A DNA stretch of 64,000 nucleotides from a virus. The notes under the pieces were generated by a model, which worked only from the letters and a program-made list of their open reading frames with translations, did not search any database and had not been told where the DNA came from. Shown piece by piece: positions 19,460 through 29,331 of this stretch; within the stretch, counting starts at the first letter, position 1; every line of letters starts with the position of its first letter. Location: positions 15,662 through 79,661 of IMG/VR virus record IMGVR_UViG_3300031787_000064. One strand, given 5' to 3'. The position numbers and the translations under genes were made by a program.

Positions 19460-22152
19460 AGGGGTTTAAATTTAAATAAATTCCAGACTCTGGAAAAATC
19501 AAAGCCTGTAGTTTTTGGTTTTAGTTTACCGAAGTCATACTCACTATGGAGATTATGTGCTTGAGGTTGATCGTTTCTGCAAGCAGAACCCACTCTAAAC
19601 ATATTCATCCACTCTTGTTGACTTACTTTCTCAGGATAAGTTGTACTCTTAATTTTAATGTTGCTCATATTAATTTTATTTAGTGTAACCAAATATTTTT
19701 GAATCATCAATTTCACAATAAGAATAATCTACTTTAACTACCTTAGTTAACTCCTTTTGCTTGATAGTGCCTGTCTTACGATCTTCAATCATAACAGTAG
19801 CAACACCTGCATAAGGATCAAGATCAATTGAATCATAGTACTCGTTAGCTTGCTCAAATGTATCAAACAAACGCGTCTCTGTATCTTTATCAGTATATCC
19901 ATCTAACAACTCTGATTCAAAGTCGTCTTCATTTTCTACAGTAAAGTAAGGACTAACTGTAACAAAGAACTTATTAGGGTCTTTTCCATCACCTATGATC
20001 TCTCTAGCTAGCTCTTTAATTTGTGCTTCACTCAATTCAACTGTACTATTATCACGTAAAGATGAGAGAGCTTGATTGATTTGCTCGGCCGCAAGATCAG
20101 TAACTGTGCCATTAAAACCACCAATATGCCACTCGATCATTTCATCTGTACGAAGCATACGATATTCTTTCCAATCGTATACAGTAAAGACTTCACCAGA
20201 CTCGAGCTCCATTTCCCACTCGAAGTTGACTTTGTCTTGACCTGTATTTGAATCTTCATTAGGTTCACCTAATACCTGGATTAACTGATCAACGCTTGCA
20301 GTTACAATACTATCATGGAAGCTAGTTCCTGATACACGCTTATTTGTCTTTTTCATATAACCTTTATTTAGTTTTAAATTATTGAATGTCTTCAAATTGT
20401 CCCCAAGGAAAATTCATATCAAACTTGATATTTGCACTTCTACAAACACTACCAAGATCAACTACTACTCCATAAGGAATGTTTGATAAAATAGTATTCT
20501 CTTGTAGAGTTTCTTCAAGGCGAATAGCCGTATTTGGATAATCTACTTTGAATGACGCAATAGCCTTCTTAAGCTCAGGCTTGGCTCTTTCTAATAATGT
20601 TTTCATAACTGTTTATTTTAATTGTTTTTTAAATTCTTTAATTGGATCTTGTTTAGCAATACGTTTAATGTAACTACTAACTCTATGCTTCTCATTTAAT
20701 GAACGCATAAGTTCATCTCGTTCTAAGGTCTCTTTCAACCATTGTTCTCTGTTAGTCTCATATAGACTAAGTTTTTTATCTTTACTCATAACTCATAATT
20801 TGGTTCATAATCTTCATCTGTATCGTAGCATCCTACCATACGTTCTAACTCAGCATCAATACGAAGTTGATGAGGTCTCCAACGTTCATAACGTTCTGCA
20901 TTTGTTTCTTTATCTTCAGGCCAATGACTATCATTGTCCCAACCTTTTGGAAACATAGGCTTAAGATCTTCACTACTTACATTAGGATTGATTGTTTGAA
21001 TCTCACTATCAAACACATTTTTGTCTAGGCTAATAAGCCTCTCTAAATTTTCTTTCACACTTTTCATAACACACAATTTTATAATTAATAATCAAATGAA
21101 TCTCTCATATTGAAGTCCTCGTCTTCTAGAATGTCAATTTGCTCTTCGATCACACTATCAGGAACATGGCCATCCAAAAACATTTCAAGCTCAACCTCTT
21201 TTAGTATCTGATCAATTGGCATTGCTTTGTACTTTCTAATTTCTACTTTGATCTCTTGACCCAAATACTCGATAACTGCAATACCTTTAGTACCTTCTTT
21301 GTAGGTATACTCTCGTCCTTTTGGACTTACGAACGTCTTACCAACTTTAGCACTATCCCAATCTCTCTTCTTACCAACTTCTTTTCTTTGCATCATAACA
21401 TTTATTTTTTAGGTTATTCAAATAAACAATTCTCTTGCTCCCATCGACCGTTTATAAGTCTCTCGATCGTATAGTCACCATTGTACTTACGATTCTCTGG
21501 GTGTGTTAGCCACACTTTCACATCGTCTTTCCAAATCTTGAGTTCGTCTCCGTCCCAAGCTTGCTCGATTGTATCGAGACTTTCTAGTTGTCTTTTTGTG
21601 TATTTCATAACTTTTATTTGTAATTAAATATAATTATGGAGTCGCGGTCAATCAATTAAAGTCCACATTCCATTCTGTATACTCTATCATGGTGTTCAGC
21701 CTCTGAATATACATCTAAATTCAAATATGTATTATTCCAAAAATTATGAAATAAATACGTATCCGCCCATTTAAGGTCAGCTTTCATCACCACTTTAGCT
21801 TCATCAGCTGTTAATACTTCTTTTTGTTTTAATTCTTGTACGTTCATAACTATTATTTTTATTAGCTTAAAGAACTTAATACCACACCTTTGTAACCAAG
21901 GCTATTAGCCTTCTCGATACCAACGAACTCGCTAAAGTCTTCACCTGGTACCTCATACAAGTATACCTGGAAGTTCTCACAAAACTTCTTAATATGCTTG
22001 GACTGCTCGGCCCAATCCATATACATCGTATTGATGCCTAACGTATAGTCAAGCCAATCGTGAACATCACAAATATTCAATACAGGAAATTCGCTTTGTA
22101 GCTCAGCGATAACTCTGTTTCTACCTTCTAATACTAATTCATTCATATTCAT
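19456..22152 (-). other. Array of about 9 small hypothetical early CDSs
   Basis: ORF track; downstream of promoter cassette 3. Confidence 0.6.
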
Positions 22153-22189
22153 AACTTTTATTTTAAGTGTCCTTTAATCAATCGAACAA

Positions 22190-22322
22190 TGTAAATATAC
22201 TACGAATTTTTGACACCAAAAAATTTTTAGTGAACTATTTTGAAAATTGTCGATTGATAATCAATTAGTTATGCAAGTGATTGGAAATCAATCAGTTACA
22301 CACCTTGATAATCAATTAGTTA
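22190..22322 (-). promoter_or_regulatory. Promoter cassette 3 with three perfect IHF-consensus sites
   Basis: aatcaa-ttag-tta 22259, aatcaa-tcag-tta 22286, aatcaa-ttag-tta 22310. Confidence 0.8.
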
Positions 22323-22354
22323 CGTATGTAGGAAAATTAATATGTATAAGTGAC

Positions 22355-22942
22355 TCACTTCTTGTACCTGCACCTGTCAAAATGCCATTGTTTCATGGCG
22401 CTTCCTTTTCCTTTCTTTAAACAGTGCGGACACGTATACACGGGACGAATATCACCAGCATATTTAGGACATTTATCAAAATGATATTTTTTTGCATTAT
22501 TAGATGCTGTTTTAATTCCACAATGAGGACATTCAATATGGCTGTATACTTTTCCTATGCTAGCTTCTTTTATTTTATTTTTATGTTCTTCAGACTTAGG
22601 TTTTCTCATTCTCATTTTTGTTTCCTCAGTCTTAGGTTTTTTCATTCTACTCTTATGGTATTCTGATAAAGGCTTGCCTGTTTTAAATTCACTAATCTTT
22701 TTATTTATATGAGCTCTTTCTTCTGGTGTCATGTTTAATCTTTGACTTATTAAGTGGGCTGCGCAATATTCACCTTTATCATAATGAATTTGATAATGCT
22801 CTTTTAATGGAAGTGCAATAAGATTAAATATATTATTGTTATTTCTATCACCATCAATGTGATGGATATCATAAGTCACTCCATTTTCATCAACTGGTAT
22901 CGGTCCGTAATAATCAGACCATATTTTTCTATAATCAGCCAT
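22355..22942 (-). CDS. Free-standing HNH homing endonuclease (HNH + NUMOD3-like repeats + two CPHC zinc modules)
   Basis: IHHIDGDRNNN...NL...EH..IH; probable true start MADYRK at 22942, since the upstream in-frame extension is the RNA leader. Confidence 0.85.
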   Translation of the reverse strand: MADYRKIWSDYYGPIPVDENGVTYDIHHIDGDRNNNNIFNLIALPLKEHYQIHYDKGEYCAAHLISQRLNMTPEERAHINKKISEFKTGKPLSEYHKSRMKKPKTEETKMRMRKPKSEEHKNKIKEASIGKVYSHIECPHCGIKTASNNAKKYHFDKCPKYAGDIRPVYTCPHCLKKGKGSAMKQWHFDRCRYKK

Positions 22943-23055
22943 AAAATAAAAATGGACCCAGAGGAAGTAAAGGTCCCGGAATGACCGATACTCCATGAGT
23001 CCAATAAATTATTGTAGATAGTTGATTCCGGCAACTTTCTATCTATAATAAATAT
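22943..23055 (-). ncRNA. Two-hairpin kissing-loop leader RNA, copy 1
   Basis: Loops CCGGAAT (23025-31) and ATTCCGG (22976-82) are exact complements; architecture repeated at 61235-61346. Confidence 0.75.
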
Positions 23056-23056
23056 C

Positions 23057-23806
23057 TTACTTTTTAAAATCTATAAATTCATTACCATCTTCTTGACTCA
23101 AATGATCTTCTTTAGACTTAAATAATACATCTCCAGATCCATCTAATCCGAGGTTTTTAAGATGTGTATAATAAAAATCATCGAGTTGGAATAACTCTTG
23201 TGCATCTTCTTTTATCTCTGGTGCATCTATAGGCATTGCTTCTAGACGTTGTAGCATTTTGTTTGAGAACGGATCTTCTATGAACAAGAAGTAACAATTG
23301 TAGCAAAGCCATCTTAGGTTCTCTATTCTCCAGTCACTACGTTTACCGTTAACAAAGTTAAGTAGTAAAGGTGCTTTCATATCTGTCAATCTCTTCTCAC
23401 TGAACTTACATGTTGCACATTGGTAACCTAGTCTACCATCTTTCATTAGAAGTTCTTTCAACCTTATAATCTTCTTGGTATTGATAGGTTGATTCTCTAC
23501 TAACATGTCGTCTAGATTCTTCTTCCACTGTCCACCTACCCAGTTCTTAGGCATACCTTTGCCTGCTTGATTCTTGTGTAGTTCGAACAAGCTTTTGCCT
23601 GTAGCTTCGTCTATATGTTTCTTTGCATACTTCTTGTATGTAACATCTGTAATGCCAAGCCATCTAGCAGCTTCTTTATTGCTTCTAGTATTAGCCATGG
23701 CTTCTCTAATTCTTTCTGGAGATAATTGCAGGCCTCGGTTCCACCAGGTTTCTGGTCTAACGCCTCTAGCCATATTTTCTTTCGTGAAGTTATATTGCTT
23801 GCTCAT
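23057..23806 (-). CDS. HTH plus degenerate HNH/zinc-finger protein
   Basis: SNKEAARWLGIT HTH; CATC...NG...DWRIENLRWLCYNC lacks the catalytic His residues. Confidence 0.65.
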   Translation of the reverse strand: MSKQYNFTKENMARGVRPETWWNRGLQLSPERIREAMANTRSNKEAARWLGITDVTYKKYAKKHIDEATGKSLFELHKNQAGKGMPKNWVGGQWKKNLDDMLVENQPINTKKIIRLKELLMKDGRLGYQCATCKFSEKRLTDMKAPLLLNFVNGKRSDWRIENLRWLCYNCYFLFIEDPFSNKMLQRLEAMPIDAPEIKEDAQELFQLDDFYYTHLKNLGLDGSGDVLFKSKEDHLSQEDGNEFIDFKK

Positions 23807-24549
23807 CTATTTTAGGGTTTACTTTACACATCAAGTTCCACAAATCAGTTGGGTTGTTAAGTATTACCTCGTCTTTATCATTCACTATAATTGGGTTCAT
23901 AGTCCCATCAGAGTTTACTCTATCGTATAAATAGAATCCTATTAGTTCCATACATTGCTTACCGAAGTTCATATACAACAACATGTCTATGATAGTAAAG
24001 AACTTCTCATCATAGTTAGTAAAGTCAAGGTTTAGATCTGCATAGACTATATTCTGTCTAACAAAGATCTCTTCCATCATCACAATAACATTAAAGAATA
24101 GTTCACGCTTCTTGTCTATTACAGACTTCCTCTTCCTTCTAATCAAGGTTTTGGTACCTAAGATCTCATCGACAGCTAACTGAACTTGCTTATATTCTTT
24201 TTCCATGCTTTCTCTTTTTAGGTACGTCTATCTTTCCAGACTTAGGTTTTTCTTGTATGGTGTGAATTAAGTTCTTAATGTGAGTGCACATCTCATAGTC
24301 TTCGTCTTCAACGTACCAGACTAAACAGGTCTCAAGTGCTTGGATCCAGTTGTTCTTATGAACCTCTACATACTGACCTGAATCGTTTATTTCAAATAAA
24401 GATGCGTAGATCTTCTTATCAGCGACTGCTTCTTCTATAGCAAGTGGTACATGCTTCTTAACCAGATCTTTTAGAATATCTGACTTAGCAATTTGCTCTG
24501 GAGTTAAACTATCTAAACTATCAAATAGTGCTCTAACAGGTTTACGCAT
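23790..24549 (-). other. Two hypothetical CDSs (23790-24206; 24190-24549 with a UVR-like EDYEMC motif)
   Basis: ORF track. Confidence 0.6.
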
Positions 24550-24566
24550 AACTAAATTAATCGTTT

Positions 24567-25226
24567 TTACTTGAATCTAGGGTTATGCAGTCTCATAAAC
24601 TCTGCATGCTCTGGTCTTTTCTTGCCATAGAATGGATGGTTTTCTCCTCTCATCTTTTCTTTAAAGCTTTCTGATTGTGTGTTTCTAACTCCTGTATATG
24701 TAGGACAGTTGTCGAAGTGCCATCTATGCATAACATTCTCATTTCCTTTTTTACCACAGTGAGGACACTCAGCATCTCTCTTCTTCTTTCCTTTCTGAGC
24801 TATGCTAAGTTTAAGTTTAGTTTCCTCTGACTTGACTTTCCCTAAACCAGATTTGTTACCTTTAGAAGTAATAGTCAGCTTTTGTCTATGCTCTAACGTC
24901 TTCTTTCTACCAAACCAAGGATGGGCTTCTTTACTTCCGAATCCACCATCTCCGATTTCCTCTTTCATGTTAGCCCAGTTATCTGACTTAACTACATTGA
25001 ATAAGTTAGAATAATACAATCCTAACTCTTTTACTTCATCTTCATTAATTGTTTCGTGAAGTATCCAAGTCTGTAAGTCTGAGTTCTTGAGGTTGTGCAA
25101 GTTAAGGTGTCTTTTCCATCTTAGCCCACTACCTTCATACTTATAAGGATCTTGAACTGTCTTACCTAGATACAATAACCCTTTAGGACTCTGCTTAACG
25201 TATATGTAAGTCTTCTTATTCTCCAC
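24567..25226 (-). CDS. Seg-like GIY-YIG homing endonuclease with NUMOD3-like repeats and a CPHC module
   Basis: YIYVK...YLGKT...Y.GSG..W; GDGG; HPWFG / SEETKLKLS repeats. Confidence 0.85.
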   Translation of the reverse strand: MENKKTYIYVKQSPKGLLYLGKTVQDPYKYEGSGLRWKRHLNLHNLKNSDLQTWILHETINEDEVKELGLYYSNLFNVVKSDNWANMKEEIGDGGFGSKEAHPWFGRKKTLEHRQKLTITSKGNKSGLGKVKSEETKLKLSIAQKGKKKRDAECPHCGKKGNENVMHRWHFDNCPTYTGVRNTQSESFKEKMRGENHPFYGKKRPEHAEFMRLHNPRFK

Positions 25227-25530
25227 CTTTCATAGCTTTGATTATCATCGTAGCTACTGAATTTAAAGGTACGATGAATCCTATAACGTTACGATATGGC
25301 GATCTATCATCAAAATCTACCATTACGCCAGCAGCTCCTAGGCGTTTCTGTAATGCTATACTTATTTGTTGAGCCAAAGCTTGCTTGTCTCTAGGATCTT
25401 GGAACTCTTGATCTAGAATGAACTGGAGTTTAACTCCTTTCTTGGTAGGATTATCGTTAACGTCGAACTGAAGCTTGTACTTCTTTCCTCCGACGGTTAT
25501 ATTGAATAGTGGATTAATAGCCTGCGCCAT
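25216..25530 (-). CDS. Hypothetical late protein
   Basis: ATATTTATT motif at 25541-25549. Confidence 0.55.
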   Translation of the reverse strand: MAQAINPLFNITVGGKKYKLQFDVNDNPTKKGVKLQFILDQEFQDPRDKQALAQQISIALQKRLGAAGVMVDFDDRSPYRNVIGFIVPLNSVATMIIKAMKGGE

Positions 25531-25550
25531 CTTGTTTTTAAATAAATATC

Positions 25551-26834
25551 TTACTCTATTGTTAATAGTGACATATCGAACGGTGGATTTTTAACCACGA
25601 TTTGATCTGGGGCTAGGCTGACCACGTTCTTTACCTCTATTCTGGCTGATCCTAGTTCATATATTCCTGGTTCATAAGGTTCTATAATCGAGCTTATACG
25701 CGTCAGGTTTTGTAGAAAAGGATCTTGTTGAGGATCGACTTTACCAAAGGACACTTCAATTTTAATGTTATAATCATCTGGCTGACCTACTTTGTAGATC
25801 GAATCGAAATCAACCTGATTGTAGAACTCTTTATCGTGTTCCCAATCCTCTAGTGAAAATCCTAATAGTTCGTTTGCTGGATCATGTTGGTTACTGAAGA
25901 TAGATATGATCGCTTTCTTTTGATCTTCGTTTCCTAACCACACTCTTGAAAAGAATGGTTCTATTTGTACTATGAACATCGGATTCAATTTGCCAGGTTC
26001 TGACAAAACTAGATCCATATCGATCTTATTTAGTTTGGGTTCACCATGATTAAAGTTACCCCACTTCTGTAAGAATCTCCTAATCTCTATTCCGTCTGCT
26101 ATTTTCTGAAGTTCAACACGTCTTTGTGCATCTTGATTGTTCTTATCAAACCAATTCTTTCCTCTTGAAGATACACATGTGAAATGATATACCACAGCAG
26201 AGAAAGTTTGTTTTAGACTTATTCCTGCATGTAAACATCTTTGGACAAAGTCAGAATCTTCTCTAGCTCTTCTAAACAAAGTATCATATCCTCCTATCTT
26301 CATCCACGTTTCTTTATGAAATGTATATGGTGCAAAGAAGTAGTCTACTATTTCACTTCTTTTAACTGTTTCTGAAAACTCTACAAACTCATCAAATTTA
26401 AATTCAAGAGGATCTAAACCAAAGTCTTTTGTTATAGTTTTATCTGATGGTCCATGAAGTGGTGGTTCTATTCTAGTAGAACTTAATATTGTATTCTCTT
26501 CTAAAGCATTTATAACTTCCGTATCATAATGTTTAGACACAACCATATCAGATTGTAGATAGCTTATAATGTCATACTTTGCTAGTTCAACTATCAAATT
26601 AGAGTTTCTTTGATAGCCTACTATTCCTTTTAGTTTATGAGTAACTATCTTTAGATCAGTAAAGTCATTCTTTACAGACTTTAAATAGTCAACAGTTCCA
26701 TCTGTGTCTTTATCTACAAATACTATTATTTCATGGTCTTTATTATCTAGATTCTCTTTCAAAGACTTCAAGAGTAGTTTAGTATATTCTAAAGTACCAG
26801 CTCCTACATTAGTTGCAAATGTTATATTTCTCAT
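25551..26834 (-). CDS. Glycosyltransferase family 2
   Basis: IIVFVD..TDGT, YLQSDM, IGGYD.LF...EDSDF, VYHF motifs. Confidence 0.85.
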   Translation of the reverse strand: MRNITFATNVGAGTLEYTKLLLKSLKENLDNKDHEIIVFVDKDTDGTVDYLKSVKNDFTDLKIVTHKLKGIVGYQRNSNLIVELAKYDIISYLQSDMVVSKHYDTEVINALEENTILSSTRIEPPLHGPSDKTITKDFGLDPLEFKFDEFVEFSETVKRSEIVDYFFAPYTFHKETWMKIGGYDTLFRRAREDSDFVQRCLHAGISLKQTFSAVVYHFTCVSSRGKNWFDKNNQDAQRRVELQKIADGIEIRRFLQKWGNFNHGEPKLNKIDMDLVLSEPGKLNPMFIVQIEPFFSRVWLGNEDQKKAIISIFSNQHDPANELLGFSLEDWEHDKEFYNQVDFDSIYKVGQPDDYNIKIEVSFGKVDPQQDPFLQNLTRISSIIEPYEPGIYELGSARIEVKNVVSLAPDQIVVKNPPFDMSLLTIE

Positions 26835-27607
26835 TTTAGTTTATTGTATACTTGTCTAATACCTTCTTCTAGACCAATATAGTTAATTCCAATTGGTTTA
26901 TAATCACCTATATAATTAGTGACGATATTATTGTTAGACGATATAGCAACTTTATAATTGCTAAGATTATTTACCATCATTGCAATATCTAAAAGCGATT
27001 GCTTTCTTTCATAAACACAATCATATGTTTTAGGCAAGTTATTATTGTTTATATAGTAGTCAACTACACTAACTAGATCTTGCATATAAAAGAAGTCCAT
27101 GTATTTGTATTCATAAACCTGCATGTCTTCTTTATTTATGTACTTATTGATGCAAGATTTGATAAACCTAGTGTCTAATTCATTCTCATCAAACACAGCA
27201 AACACTCTCAAATTATAAAAGTTATTTATCTCTTCTATTGATCTAGCTATAACTTTCTTACTCAATCCGTATGGTTCATCAGACATATATAGTTCAGCAC
27301 CAGAACCAAAATGGATTAGTTTATCATAAGACAATTTATTCTGAAGTAGATTATAATACATAGACAAGTTAATGTCCATGTCTAGATAATTGTCTTTTCT
27401 AAGTCTACTACCTCCTGATACTGCGGTATGTATTATTACATCGAAGTGCTTATCTCTCATGTAAACTCTTGTGTCAATAGAGTTAGTAAGGTCTAATGTG
27501 TCTCTGCCAATACATGTTACATCATACTTGCTAGATAGTTCTCTGTAAAGACTCTTAGCAATATAGCCAGATTTACCTGTAATTAATATATTTTTTATTC
27601 TATCCAC
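26831..27607 (-). CDS. NAD-dependent epimerase/reductase (extended SDR)
   Basis: ITGKSGYIA, YGLSK. Confidence 0.85.
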   Translation of the reverse strand: MDRIKNILITGKSGYIAKSLYRELSSKYDVTCIGRDTLDLTNSIDTRVYMRDKHFDVIIHTAVSGGSRLRKDNYLDMDINLSMYYNLLQNKLSYDKLIHFGSGAELYMSDEPYGLSKKVIARSIEEINNFYNLRVFAVFDENELDTRFIKSCINKYINKEDMQVYEYKYMDFFYMQDLVSVVDYYINNNNLPKTYDCVYERKQSLLDIAMMVNNLSNYKVAISSNNNIVTNYIGDYKPIGINYIGLEEGIRQVYNKLK

Positions 27608-29331
27608 TGTATATTTTTTAATTCTCCTGGTATGAACTTACCGTCTTCTCCTAACTTGGCTACTACTTTAGGTTCATGAAATTCATTAGGATCTGTGAAC
27701 ACTTCACATATTGCAGGACCTTCTTGACTAAAGAATTCTTTTAGCGTAGATTCAATATCACTATTGTTCTTTATAGAATAATAAGGTAAGTCGTATGCAT
27801 TTATTAACTTCTTAAAGTCTGGAAAAGAAACTCCGCTTGACTTCTCAGAAGCTACATACTTCCCTTTAAAAAAGGTTTTCTGAGATATCTTTATAGACAG
27901 ATACCCATCGTTGTTTAATAGAATGAGTTTTATAGGAAGGTTATAATGTTTGATTGTTTGTAATTCATGTACGTTCAAATGTAAACTTCCATCTCCTTCA
28001 AGACAAACTATTTTGTGTTTAATAGCAGCTCCTATTGCTGCAGGCATTCCGTATCCCATCGGAGCACAACCAGTATTTGTAATTAGTCTTTGATCTTTCT
28101 TAAGATCTAAAACCTGCATAGTAACTACATTAGCAGATCCATCACTTGTTATTACATGGTGGTCGGTTGGTATAACTTTACTGAGCTGCTCTATAAAATA
28201 ATAGTTACTAACAAAGTCTTGATTGTCTCTGTGTCTTTGTAAAACTTTAGGAGCTTTGTTTACTTCATTACAATGATCAATCCACTCTGTATTAGTTCTA
28301 GGTAACTCTTGAGCCAATAGCTGTTTTAAAAACTGTTTAGCATCAGACTCAACTTTAAGATCAGTAAATAGTGTTGGTTTATTTAATTCATTAACATCTA
28401 CGTCTACATGTACTTTATAAGCTTGTTTAGCAAAGCTATGAAAGTTGTATCCTGTTTGTCTAACATATAATCTGCTTCCTATAGTTAATAAGAAGTCACA
28501 ATCACTGATTAAGTTGTTGGCACATATTTGTGCGTGTGTTCCAAATCTACCATAGTATTGTGGATATTCTGATGTGACTAGATCATTTCCGTTCACTGCA
28601 GTTATAACAGGAATATTGGTTGCTTCTAAAAGTTTATGTAGCTCATCAACACCACCACTTAATCTAATACCATTTCCAACTATTAGTAGTGGCTTCTTTG
28701 CCTCTTTCCATTTATTTAATATTGTTGATAGATCAATGTTGCTAGCATTTTTTATTTCTGTATTATCTTCAAAGCCTACTAATAATTCTGGTTCTATATT
28801 TGCTGATTGTACATTCAATGGTATATCTATCCAAACAGGACCAGGTCTACCTGTAGTTGCTAACTTACAAGCCTTTTCTAAATGATACTTTATTTGATCT
28901 GGTTCATTTACCTGTACTGCATATTTAGTCATGCTTTTTACAGACTCAACTATATTAAACTCTTGGTCTCCTAATTGTCTTAAAGGTAGGTTTGTATACT
29001 CAGTAGTCATTTCTTTATTGACTTGACCACTTATAACAATAACAGGAATAGAGTCTAACCAACTACATAAAGTACCAGTAATAGCATTAGTTCCACCAGG
29101 TCCACTAGTAACAACACAAGCGCCTAACTTGTTATTAATTCTAGCATATCCTTCTGCAGCGATAGACGCAGCTTGTTCGTGGTGCGTTGCTACATATTGA
29201 ACTCCTTCGGTACTTCCTAATGAATCAACTAAGAATATGCAACCTCCACCAGATACTGTAAAAATTGTATCAACTCCATAGTTATCCCTTAAGTATTGAA
29301 TCACAAAGTCAGATACTCTCATACGTTTCAT
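27595..29331 (-). CDS. Thiamine-diphosphate enzyme, acetolactate-synthase-like (YerE-type)
   Basis: HHEQAA..AAEGYAR, TSGPG.TN, GRPGPVWIDIP, GDGS...NN ThDP motif. Confidence 0.9.
   Translation of the reverse strand: MKRMRVSDFVIQYLRDNYGVDTIFTVSGGGCIFLVDSLGSTEGVQYVATHHEQAASIAAEGYARINNKLGACVVTSGPGGTNAITGTLCSWLDSIPVIVISGQVNKEMTTEYTNLPLRQLGDQEFNIVESVKSMTKYAVQVNEPDQIKYHLEKACKLATTGRPGPVWIDIPLNVQSANIEPELLVGFEDNTEIKNASNIDLSTILNKWKEAKKPLLIVGNGIRLSGGVDELHKLLEATNIPVITAVNGNDLVTSEYPQYYGRFGTHAQICANNLISDCDFLLTIGSRLYVRQTGYNFHSFAKQAYKVHVDVDVNELNKPTLFTDLKVESDAKQFLKQLLAQELPRTNTEWIDHCNEVNKAPKVLQRHRDNQDFVSNYYFIEQLSKVIPTDHHVITSDGSANVVTMQVLDLKKDQRLITNTGCAPMGYGMPAAIGAAIKHKIVCLEGDGSLHLNVHELQTIKHYNLPIKLILLNNDGYLSIKISQKTFFKGKYVASEKSSGVSFPDFKKLINAYDLPYYSIKNNSDIESTLKEFFSQEGPAICEVFTDPNEFHEPKVVAKLGEDGKFIPGELKNIQWIE

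Noticed and set aside
22943-22996. N-terminal extensions of the HNH ORFs (also 61235-61252) and of the TonB receptor (56363-56461)
   Set aside because: They run through structured leader or promoter sequence; downstream ATGs give better starts (domain boundary or signal peptide)
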